Source: an uncultured Spirochaetota bacterium (GTDB taxonomy: Bacteria > Spirochaetota > Spirochaetia > SZUA-6 > Fen-1364). Taken from it: DNA of 64,000 nt. Every line of letters begins with the position of its first letter. Positions within the stretch are counted from its first letter, which is position 1. Shown one piece after another: positions 49,495-58,185 of this stretch. The stretch lies in the NCBI GenBank assembly GCA_963734545.1, contig CAVTHO010000004.1, forward strand, positions 512,001 through 576,000, written 5' to 3'. The translations under genes and the position numbers were made by a program. Under the pieces are notes generated by a model. The model saw nothing but the letters and a program-made list of their open reading frames with translations. It made no database searches and was not told the origin of the DNA.

Positions 49495-51476
49495 TCAGTG
49501 ACATGGCCGCGGTGGAGATCCTGGGCCCGATCGAGCTCTTCCACGCATCCGTGGACCTGATCCAGGACTCCGGAAGCCTGCACATCGTGGAAGCGCCCCG
49601 GGCAGCGGCCGGCCGCGGGGAGTTCCTCGACAGGATACATCTCACCGAGACGCAGGCGCAGGAACGGGACGCCTATGCCAGAAGCTTCGACGCGCTCAAA
49701 GAGATGACCGCGGAGATCCCCGCCCACATCGTGCGGGAACAAGGGTCCACCGGCGACGTCGAACCAATCTACACGCGCATCACGGGGGAGCCGCTGGATG
49801 CGCTTTCCGCCCGGGTCAGGACCCTGCATGCGAAGGCGCGCTCGTATCTGCGCCGCGAGCGGAATCTCTCGGATGACATCAACTCCCTCATCGGCCACGA
49901 GCGCGTGCTCGCCGCATTCGCTCCGCTCGTGGAGACCCACGAGCTTCCCCGTGATTTCGAGATGATCGGCGTCGTCTTCGAGCGAAGGAACCGGCTGGCG
50001 CGGGACATGCTCCGGCGCGAAGTGGAAAGGCTCACCGCGGGGAATTTCCGTTTCATCGAGCAGCAGCTCGACGGGGGAAGGCTCTCCGTGCTCCTCGGGT
50101 TTCCCCGAAAGGATTCGACAAAGGTCCGGGCACTGGTTTCCAGCGCCGGCATCGGGGACATGCTCTTCCCCCGGCATCTCCGGGACAAGCCTTTCGAGGA
50201 AGCTTTCGCCGCCCTGCAGGACGAGCTGGCCACCCTCCGCCTGGGGCGCCGGGTGGTCAGGGAGCAGATGGAGCGCTTCTTCATGGAAAACGCCGCGGAG
50301 CTGATTGCGCGCCAGCGCCTCTGCCATGACCGCCTGGCCCAGTACGAGGCGCTCCCGAAGTTCGCCCGCACCCGGCACACGTTCATCATCCATGGCTGGG
50401 TCCTGCGCCAGGCGCTCGACGGCCTGATGGACGGTCTGGCCCGGATCTCGTCCCGCACGGTGGTGGTGCGCGAGATCCGCGCGCGTACCCTCGGGGTTCC
50501 TCCGGTGCGGCTGGAGAACGCCCCACCTGTCCGGTCCTTCGAGCCCCTTCTCTCCCTGCTCCCGCTGCCGAAGTACGGGACTCTCGACCCGACGATATTC
50601 CTGGCCACTTTCTTCCCGCCGATGTTCGGGCTGATGCTTGCGGATGCCGGCTACGGGGCGATCCTCCTCGCGGGCGCGGCGGTCATGTTCGCGGCAAGCC
50701 GGGCACGGAAGCGGTCGGGTTCGTCGCGCGCATCGGCGCTGCTGCGGAGCCTTTCCCTGATCGCCGCCTCCTGCGGATTCTTCACCACGGTATTCGGTCT
50801 CGTCTTCGGGGAGCTCTTCGGCGAGCTGGGCCGTTCATTCGGGCTGCACCCCCTCTGGCAGGAGCGGTTTTCCCTTGAGCCGGGACACACGGCGCCGACC
50901 ATCCTGGGGTACCTGATCATCGCCGTGGCCGTGGGATTATTGCAGATCCTGTTCGGCCTCGTGCTGGGAGTAATCAACGCCCGCAGGACAAAGGACGGGA
51001 ACATGGCGCTGGGCAACCTGGCCAGGATTGCCGGGATTGCCGTGCTCTTCTTTTTCGTCGGCCGGCTCGCGCGGGTCCTCCCCCCGATATTCACTTCTTT
51101 CGGCGTGGTCGCGCTCCTTGTGTTCCTCGTGCTCATGATCTATCAGACCGTGCGCCACCCCGCGCACGGCGCGCTGCTTCCCCTGGAAATCCTCAGCACG
51201 CTGGGCAATATCCTGTCCTATGCGCGGATCATGGCAATCGGCATGTCATCCGCCGTTCTTTCCCTGCTTGCCACCATGCTGGGGGGCATGGCGGGAAACC
51301 TCGTGCTTGCAGTGCTCATCGTGATTCTCGTGCACGCGCTGAACCTGACCCTCGGCATCATGGACCCGACCATCCAGGGCCTGCGCCTGCACTACGTGGA
51401 GTTCTTCTCGAAGTTCTACCTGGGAGGCGGCCAGCCGTTCGCCCCCTTCAAAAAACTCGGAGGTGTCCAGACATGA
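49491..51476 (+). CDS. ntpI: V/A-type ATP synthase subunit I (a)
   Basis: PKYGTLDPT, FGLMLADAGYG, GNILSYARIMA, IQGLRLHYVEFFSKFY. Confidence 0.95.
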   Translation: MISDMAAVEILGPIELFHASVDLIQDSGSLHIVEAPRAAAGRGEFLDRIHLTETQAQERDAYARSFDALKEMTAEIPAHIVREQGSTGDVEPIYTRITGEPLDALSARVRTLHAKARSYLRRERNLSDDINSLIGHERVLAAFAPLVETHELPRDFEMIGVVFERRNRLARDMLRREVERLTAGNFRFIEQQLDGGRLSVLLGFPRKDSTKVRALVSSAGIGDMLFPRHLRDKPFEEAFAALQDELATLRLGRRVVREQMERFFMENAAELIARQRLCHDRLAQYEALPKFARTRHTFIIHGWVLRQALDGLMDGLARISSRTVVVREIRARTLGVPPVRLENAPPVRSFEPLLSLLPLPKYGTLDPTIFLATFFPPMFGLMLADAGYGAILLAGAAVMFAASRARKRSGSSRASALLRSLSLIAASCGFFTTVFGLVFGELFGELGRSFGLHPLWQERFSLEPGHTAPTILGYLIIAVAVGLLQILFGLVLGVINARRTKDGNMALGNLARIAGIAVLFFFVGRLARVLPPIFTSFGVVALLVFLVLMIYQTVRHPAHGALLPLEILSTLGNILSYARIMAIGMSSAVLSLLATMLGGMAGNLVLAVLIVILVHALNLTLGIMDPTIQGLRLHYVEFFSKFYLGGGQPFAPFKKLGGVQT

Positions 51477-51808
51477 AAAGAAGAACGCTGCTCCTCGTCC
51501 TCATGCTTTTCAGCCTTTTCGCGGTCTCGGGATCCGTCTGGGCGCAGGAGCAGAAGGAACAGACGACGACTCAGGAGCCGAAGAAACGTGATATCACGGT
51601 GGGTCTCATTGCCGCTTCGGCGGCCATCGCGGTGGGGCTCTGCGCAATCGGCACAGGGCTCGCGCAGAGCAGGATCGGCGCAGCCGGCGCGGGAACCATC
51701 GCGGAGAAGCCCGAAGCGGCGGGCACGATCATCCTGCTTCTGGCCATCCCCGAAACCATGGTCATCCTCGGGTTCGTGGTGGCCATCGTCATGCTCTTCA
51801 CGCTCTGA
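51473..51808 (+). CDS. ntpK: V/A-type ATP synthase subunit K (c)
   Basis: GTGLAQSRIGAAG, AEKPE, AIPETMVILG; N-terminal signal-like extension. Confidence 0.95.
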   Translation: MKRRTLLLVLMLFSLFAVSGSVWAQEQKEQTTTQEPKKRDITVGLIAASAAIAVGLCAIGTGLAQSRIGAAGAGTIAEKPEAAGTIILLLAIPETMVILGFVVAIVMLFTL

Positions 51809-51813
51809 CTCCA

Positions 51814-52344
51814 ATGGACCAGGACCAGGAACCCGAACAGCTCTTCAGCGCCATCGAAGAGCGGGCCGGGGAAGAACGGGCCAGGATCCGGGAGGAAGCG
51901 GAAACCCGGGCGCGCGTGACCCTCGAGGAAGCGGACGCGGAGATCCAGCGTCTCAAGGCCGAGGCAATGCGAGGACTTGAGAGGGAGCTGGCCTCCGAAG
52001 CGCAGCGCCTGGCGGGGGAAGCCAGGATGAAGGCGCGCAGCGAGGGGCTCCAGGTGAAGCGCCGTCTGCTCGAAGAGGCATTCGCCCGCGCCCGGGTGGA
52101 GATCGAACGCCTGGGCTCCTCCCCTGATGCCGCCGCTGCCCTGGAGACGCTCTCCGCCGAAGCCTCTGCTGCCGTGGGAGAGCCGTGCACGGTTGACGTG
52201 GACAGGAAAAAGGGCTCGGTGATTGCCGAATCCTCGGACGGCCGAAGACGCGCGGACAACAGCCTGCTCGCTCGCCTGGAGAAGGCCCAGGCTGCGTACG
52301 AGGCCGAGGTGGCCGGGCTGCTTTTCGGACGCGCCCCGACATGA
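51814..52344 (+). CDS. ntpE: V/A-type ATP synthase subunit E
   Basis: Coiled coil followed by GSVIAESSDGRRRADNSLLARL. Confidence 0.88.
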   Translation: MDQDQEPEQLFSAIEERAGEERARIREEAETRARVTLEEADAEIQRLKAEAMRGLERELASEAQRLAGEARMKARSEGLQVKRRLLEEAFARARVEIERLGSSPDAAAALETLSAEASAAVGEPCTVDVDRKKGSVIAESSDGRRRADNSLLARLEKAQAAYEAEVAGLLFGRAPT

Positions 52345-53402
52345 GCGACTACGACTATCTGAACGCGCGCATACGCGGCATGAGCACCCTGCTCCTGGGG
52401 CGCGAGTTCTATGAGCGCGCCCTCAATGCCGCCACGGAGGCAGCCCTTGCGGACGCCCTGCTTGCCACCCCCTATGCGGAGGACGTGCAGCGCGCCCTGG
52501 CCGCGCACGGCGGGGCCGTGGACGCCAACGCGGTGGAGGCAGCCTTGAGCGCGAACGTGCGCGCGACATTCGCGAAGATCCTCGCCATCGCTCCTCCCGA
52601 GCCGCGGCGGCTGATCGCCCTGCTGCTCAACAAGTGGGACGTGGCGAACGTACTGGCCCTTCTTCGCGGCAAGCTGAGCGGCGCCGGACCGCGCGAGCTC
52701 TTCGCGGCGGTGCTCCCCATCGGAGAGCTGGACGAGATCCAGCTTGGCGAGCTGTCGGCGGAAATCGACGTGGTGAACCTGGCGGATGCCCTTCCCACGT
52801 GGAAGCACGCGTTTGCGTTCGCCCTGCGCAGGGCCATCCGCGAGTGCCGGGACCAGGACGATATGACCGCGCTGGAGAGCGCGCTGTACCGCGGCTACTT
52901 TCAATGGGCGCTGGCCCAGCTTCGAGAGGACGATCCCCCGCAGGAGCTTCTGCGTGAAAACCTGTGCCGGCAGATCGACCTGGCGAACGTGCGGGCCCTC
53001 CTCTCCTTCATACGGAGCAGGGAGCGGGGCAGCGCGGCGTCTGCCGTCGAGCCGATCACCCGCGGAAAGCTCTCCGCGCGAGCCCTCGCGGAGCTCGGCG
53101 CCTGTGATACGCTGGTCGCGGCATTCGAGATGCTGGGAGGAACATACTTCGCCCCCGGCATCGAGCGCGGGATCCTCGCCTATGGCCAGTCCCAGAGCCT
53201 TGCCGTCATGGAGCAATTCCTCGAATCGGTCGTGATCGCGCACGGATGCAGGCTTTTCAGGCTCGATGTGTTGAGCGCGGCGGTGCCGCTCGGGTTTCTC
53301 TGGCGGAAGTACAGCGAGCTGGCCAACCTCCGGCTGCTTGCCCGGGGCATCAGGTACCGCATGCCGGCCAACGCCATTCGGGAGGGCATGATCCTTGTCT
53401 AA
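52341..53402 (+). CDS. ntpC: V/A-type ATP synthase subunit C (d)
   Basis: YLNARIRGM, WDVANV, ELANLRLLARG. Confidence 0.92.
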   Translation: MSDYDYLNARIRGMSTLLLGREFYERALNAATEAALADALLATPYAEDVQRALAAHGGAVDANAVEAALSANVRATFAKILAIAPPEPRRLIALLLNKWDVANVLALLRGKLSGAGPRELFAAVLPIGELDEIQLGELSAEIDVVNLADALPTWKHAFAFALRRAIRECRDQDDMTALESALYRGYFQWALAQLREDDPPQELLRENLCRQIDLANVRALLSFIRSRERGSAASAVEPITRGKLSARALAELGACDTLVAAFEMLGGTYFAPGIERGILAYGQSQSLAVMEQFLESVVIAHGCRLFRLDVLSAAVPLGFLWRKYSELANLRLLARGIRYRMPANAIREGMILV

Positions 53403-53730
53403 GGTGCTGGCGCTTCTCAGCCAGGATCTCGGCGCGGGTTTCGCGCTCGCGGGCGCGGAGGTGAGCATTGCGGCGGACTCCGCGGCGGCGCGCAGCGCGC
53501 TGGATGCCGCGATGGCAAGCCGCGCGTACGGAATAATCATCGTGCAGGAGGAGCTCCTCCAGGGCATGGAGGAGCAGGCGCGGAAGGCGTTCGCGGAGTC
53601 CACGGTGCCGCTGATCATCGAGGTGTCGGGGGAAATGGTCTGGCGCATGGCGGAGGAAGCCCCGGCGGACGACTATGTGGCCCAGCTCATCAGGCGGGCG
53701 GTCGGCTACCAGTTGAACATCAAGCTGTGA
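53395..53730 (+). CDS. ntpF: V/A-type ATP synthase subunit F
   Basis: GFALAG, YGIIIV, LIRRAVG. Confidence 0.92.
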   Translation: MSKVLALLSQDLGAGFALAGAEVSIAADSAAARSALDAAMASRAYGIIIVQEELLQGMEEQARKAFAESTVPLIIEVSGEMVWRMAEEAPADDYVAQLIRRAVGYQLNIKL

Positions 53731-55511
53731 GGACGGGAGTGCAGGAAAAGCCGGTGCAGGGAACGATCTCCAGGGTCTCGGGTCCGACCGTGATTGCCCG
53801 CTCGATGAGCGGAGCGCGCATGGCGGAGGTCGTGCGCGTGGGACACGCCGGTCTCATGGGAGAGATCATCCGGCTGGACGCGGACACCGCGTTCATCCAG
53901 ACCTATGAGGACACGTCGGGGATCTGCGTGGGGGAGCCGGTGGTCTGCACCGGAGAGTCGCTGCTCGTCACGCTGGGCCCGGGGCTCCTGGGAAGCGTGT
54001 TCGACGGTATTCAACGCCCCCTGAGGGCCCTTGAAGCGGAGAGCGGAGTCTTCATCAGCCGCGGCCTCTCCGTACCGGCCCTGACGCCGGGGAAGCGCTG
54101 GCAGTTCACACCCGACGTGAGGCCCGGAGCGATGGTATCGGAGGGCGACACGCTCGGCCATGTCAGGGAGACTGACTCTTTTGTTCATCGCATCATGGTG
54201 CCCCCGGGCCGGCAGGGCACCCTCGTATCCATCGAATCCGGTGAGCTCACGATCGACGAGCCCATTGCCCGGCTGGACAACGGCGCCGCGCTCACCATGT
54301 CGCAGCGGTGGCCGGCAAAGGTTCCCCGTCCGGTGAAGAGGAAGACGGTTTCCCTGGAGCCATTTGTCACCGGCCAGCGCGTGCTGGACTGCCTCTTTCC
54401 GATTGCCGCGGGCGGCACGGCCTGTCTCCCCGGCGGGTTTGGCACCGGCAAGACGGTGCTCGAGCAGTCCCTGGCCAAGTACTCGGCGGCGGAGGTCATC
54501 GTGTACGTCGGCTGCGGCGAGCGCGGCAACGAGATGACGGACGTGCTCACCGAGTTCCCCCAGCTGATCGATCCCCGCACAGGGGGACCGCTCATGAACC
54601 GGACGGTCCTCGTGGTGAACACCTCCAATATGCCCGTGGCGGCGCGGGAGGCATCGATCTTCGTCGGGGTGACCATCGCGGAGTACTTCCGCGACATGGG
54701 CTGCGCGGTTGCGGTCATGGTGGACTCCTCCTCCCGCTGGGCGGAGGCCCTGCGGGAGATCTCCTCCCGGCTGGAGGAGATGCCGGGCGAGGAGGGATAC
54801 CCCACCTATCTCCCCTCCCGGCTCGCCTCCTTCTACGAGCGGGCCGGCGCGGCGGAATGCCTCGGTGGAGACGGGCGCAAAGGCTCGGTGACGATCGTCG
54901 GGGCCGTGTCTCCCCCCGGCGGGGACTTCTCGGAGCCCGTCACGCAGAGCACGATGCGTGTCGCCGGCGCGCTCTGGGCCCTCGACTATCCGCTGGCCCA
55001 CAGCCGGCACTACCCCGCCATCAACTGGAACCGGAGCTACTCCCTGTTCGTCGAAAGGCTTGCCCCCTGGTTCGCCGCGCACATCGGCGAGAGCTGGCCG
55101 GGGCAGCGCGCGAAGCTGATGGAGATACTGGAGCAGGAGGCGGAGCTGCAGGAGGTGGTCCAGCTCGTCGGTCCGGACTCCCTGCAGGAGAGCGACCGGC
55201 TCATACTGGAGACGAGCAGGATGCTGCGGGACGGATTCCTTCAGCAGAACGCGACCTCCGAGTCGGACGCATCGTGCGGCCTTGAAAAGCAGCACGGCAT
55301 GCTCACGCTGTTCATCACCTTCCATGAGCTGGCTGCCGCTGCCCTGCGCGCCAAGGTGCCGCTGGCCAGGATCCTGTCCATGCCCGAGCGTGAAGAGCTT
55401 GCCCGATTGCGCGAGATCTCCGCGGCGGATTTCCCCGCTCGGGGCGCGGACGTGGGAGAGCGCATGCGCGCTTCCTTCGCCGCACTGAGGGGGGAGGGAT
55501 ACAGGCAGTGA
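53727..55511 (+). CDS. ntpA: V/A-type ATP synthase subunit A
   Basis: [49 protein letters not shown]. Confidence 0.98.
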   Translation: MRTGVQEKPVQGTISRVSGPTVIARSMSGARMAEVVRVGHAGLMGEIIRLDADTAFIQTYEDTSGICVGEPVVCTGESLLVTLGPGLLGSVFDGIQRPLRALEAESGVFISRGLSVPALTPGKRWQFTPDVRPGAMVSEGDTLGHVRETDSFVHRIMVPPGRQGTLVSIESGELTIDEPIARLDNGAALTMSQRWPAKVPRPVKRKTVSLEPFVTGQRVLDCLFPIAAGGTACLPGGFGTGKTVLEQSLAKYSAAEVIVYVGCGERGNEMTDVLTEFPQLIDPRTGGPLMNRTVLVVNTSNMPVAAREASIFVGVTIAEYFRDMGCAVAVMVDSSSRWAEALREISSRLEEMPGEEGYPTYLPSRLASFYERAGAAECLGGDGRKGSVTIVGAVSPPGGDFSEPVTQSTMRVAGALWALDYPLAHSRHYPAINWNRSYSLFVERLAPWFAAHIGESWPGQRAKLMEILEQEAELQEVVQLVGPDSLQESDRLILETSRMLRDGFLQQNATSESDASCGLEKQHGMLTLFITFHELAAAALRAKVPLARILSMPEREELARLREISAADFPARGADVGERMRASFAALRGEGYRQ

Positions 55512-56976
55512 GCGACTCAGGCGGCCGCGATATTTCGCCGCTTCTCACGAGAGAGTTCCGCGGGGTGCGGAAGGTATCCGGGCCCCTCCTGTTCGTGGAA
55601 AGCGCTTCAGACCTTCCCTATGCGGGTACCGTCTCGATCCATTCACCGGGCGCCGCCCGGCGCAGCGGGCAGGTCATCGAGGTGTCGGAGTCCGTCACCG
55701 TGATCCAGGTATTCGAGGAGACAATGGGTCTCGACCTCACGCGCACGTCGATCTCCCTCGTGGACCGCGAGGCGCGCCTGGGCGTGTCGGAGGACATGAT
55801 CGGCAGGATACTCAATGGATCGGGGGTGCCGATCGACGATCTGCCGCCCGTGATTGCCGACGCCCTGCTTCCCGTGTCGGGCATCCCCATCAATCCCATC
55901 TCCCGGGAGAAGCCCCGTTCCTTCATCCACACGGGGGTATCGGCCATCGACGGATTCAATACGATCGTGCGGGGGCAGAAGCTGCCCATATTCTCCGGCG
56001 CGGGCCTCCCCGGCAACGAGATCGCGGCCCAGATCCTCCGGCAGTCGCGGGTGACGGGCACGGAGGAAAGCTTCGTCATCGTGTTTGCCGCCATCGGCAT
56101 CACCCAGCGTGAAGCCGCGTACTTCCTTGCCGAGTTCGAGCGCACCGGTGCCCGCAGCCGTACCGCCACGTTTCTCAACCTGGCGGACGACCCTACCATC
56201 GAGCGGCTGCTCACTCCGCGCTGCGCGCTCACCGCCGCGGAATACCTCGCATTCCAGCGCGGCTACGAGGTCCTCGTGCTCATGACGGACATGACGAGCT
56301 ACTGCGAGGCGCTGCGGGAAATCGGAACCGCGCGGGAGGAGATCCCGGGACGCCGCGGGTATCCCGGATACATGTACACGGACCTCGCCTCCCTGTACGA
56401 GCGGGCAGGACGAATAAAGGATCGGAAGGGATCCGTGACGCTCCTGCCCATTCTCACCATGCCGGACGACGATATCACGCACCCTATTCCCGATCTCACC
56501 GGCTATATCACCGAGGGCCAGATCGTGCTTTCCCGGCAGCTCCACCGGCGCGGGGTCTTTCCTCCCATCGACGTTCTACGCTCACTTTCGCGGCTCATGA
56601 ACAACGGCATCGGGAAGGAGCGCACCCGGGAAGACCACCGTGACCTGGCCAACCAGCTCTACTCCTGCTACGCAAAGGGGCAGGAGACGCGAAGACTCGT
56701 GGCCATCGTCGGCGAGGACGCGCTGGGGGACCTTGACAGGAAATACCTGCGGTTCGCGGAGGATTTCGAGCGCAACCTGATCCACCAGGGCGGGGAAGAG
56801 AGGGCAATCGAGGAGACGCTGGACGTCGGGTGGCGCGTGCTCGGCGGCATCCCCGAAGTCGAGTATCGTCGAATCAGGAGAGAGCTGATCGAGCGGTATC
56901 ATCGGCCGGCGCCGCTGTGCGCCGATCGCGCGCACCGGGCGCCCTTGCGCCAGGCGCCGCCGCCCCCGGAGCATAG
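55508..56976 (+). CDS. ntpB: V/A-type ATP synthase subunit B; probable indel in the tail, likely true stop TAG 56974-56976
   Basis: [48 protein letters not shown]. As assembled, the ORF reads through to 57325 over ntpD. Confidence 0.95.
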
Positions 56977-56981
56977 CAGCC

Positions 56982-57602
56982 ATGGAGCAGATCAGTCCGA
57001 CACGCATGGAGCTCCTGTCCCGCAGGGCGCAGATCCGCCTGGCGGAGCAGGGCGTCGAGCTCCTGCGGGGCAAGAGGGAGGCGCTCGTGCGGGAGTTCCT
57101 CTCCGAGCTGCAGAGGTTCGTCGATACCCGGGACGCCCTGCGCCGGGAGCTGGGAGAGGCCAAGCAGTCCCTCATGCGCGCCCTTGCAGTGGACGGGCCC
57201 GAGGCGGTTGCATCCGCGGGTCTTGCGAGCAGGAGACCCATCGAGCTGGAGACGAGGGTGCGCAACATCTGGGGCACGCGGATCGTGGAGGTGAGCACGG
57301 ATTACGTCCCGCGCCAGCCCGATGAGCGCGGCTACACCACGGCCGGGGCCAGCGCGAGAATCGAGGAAGCGGGAGAGAGATTCGAAGCGACCCTCGAGCT
57401 GATCCTGCGCATCGCCCCCCTGGACCGGAAGCTGGGCAAGCTCGCCGAGGAAATTCGAAAGACCTCGCGGCGCGTGAACGCGCTGGAACAGCGTCTCCTG
57501 CCGTCGCTGGCGGAACAGGTGCAGTACATCCGCGGCGTCCTGGACCAGCGGGAGCGGGAAGACGTGCTGCGGCTCAAGCATTTGAAGAAGAGACGCGCGT
57601 AG
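56982..57602 (+). CDS. ntpD: V/A-type ATP synthase subunit D
   Basis: SPTRMEL, LLRGKREAL, KTSRRVNALE, EREDVLRLK. Confidence 0.96.
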   Translation: MEQISPTRMELLSRRAQIRLAEQGVELLRGKREALVREFLSELQRFVDTRDALRRELGEAKQSLMRALAVDGPEAVASAGLASRRPIELETRVRNIWGTRIVEVSTDYVPRQPDERGYTTAGASARIEEAGERFEATLELILRIAPLDRKLGKLAEEIRKTSRRVNALEQRLLPSLAEQVQYIRGVLDQREREDVLRLKHLKKRRA

Positions 57603-58070
57603 ATGCTTCTCTCCGAGCTCATCCAGGAGGACCTGATCAAGGTCGGCCTCAAGGCCAGGGACAAGTGGGATGCCATCCAGGAGCTTGTGGACGTTCTGGT
57701 GGCCGCCCACGAGGTGCGCAGGAACGACAGGGCAACCGTCATCGATGCGGTGGTCACCCGCGAGCGCTCCCTCAGCACGGGCCTGAAGTACGGCCTGGCC
57801 GTGCCGCACGGAACAGTGGACTGCGTGACGGACATCCTCGTCGCGCTGGGAACATCCCCCGAAGGCATTCCCTTCGAATCAGTGGACGAGAGCCCCGCGC
57901 GCCTCGTCATCCTTCTCGTCATCCCCAAGGGCTCCTTGAAGCAGCACGTGCGGACCCTCGCCGGGGTCAGCGCGTTCGGCACCCGGCCCGAGCTGCGGGA
58001 GCGCGTGCTCGCGGCCTCCTCCGCACAGGAGATCATGGACGCGATTCACGAGCTGGAGGGTGGCGCTTAA
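57603..58070 (+). CDS. Stand-alone PTS EIIA (Fru/Ntr-type) domain protein
   Basis: RERSLSTGLKYGLAVPHG with the phospho-His, GIPFESVD; directly abuts the ntpD stop. Confidence 0.9.
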   Translation: MLLSELIQEDLIKVGLKARDKWDAIQELVDVLVAAHEVRRNDRATVIDAVVTRERSLSTGLKYGLAVPHGTVDCVTDILVALGTSPEGIPFESVDESPARLVILLVIPKGSLKQHVRTLAGVSAFGTRPELRERVLAASSAQEIMDAIHELEGGA

Positions 58071-58072
58071 GC

Positions 58073-58104
58073 AGGTCACCGGTTCGAGTCCGGCCGGGGG
58101 AGCA
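58073..58104 (+). pseudogene. 3' fragment of a tRNA (Asn-like), possible att remnant
   Basis: AGGTC-ACCGG-TTCGAGT-CCGGC-CGGGGGA-G-CA corresponds to variable loop, T arm and acceptor 3' strand; no 5' half upstream. Confidence 0.7.
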
Positions 58105-58113
58105 GAACTGGAC

Positions 58114-58149
58114 AGGCAGTCGGCACATCGCCGGCTGCCTTTCTTTTTC
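58114..58149 (+). terminator. Intrinsic terminator
   Basis: AGGCAGTCGGC/GCCGGCTGCCT stem followed by TTCTTTTT. Confidence 0.8.
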
Positions 58150-58185
58150 TCCTGCGCATGGTACAGATGCCGCCCGCATGGCCCC

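Noticed and set aside
55508-57325. C-terminally extended ATPase B overlapping subunit D by ~340 nt
   Set aside because: The extension is out-of-frame ntpD sequence; a TAG at 56974 just before ntpD fits after one indel.
58030-58104. Intact tRNA gene
   Set aside because: No acceptor 5' strand, D arm or anticodon stem; the upstream sequence is the EIIA coding end.
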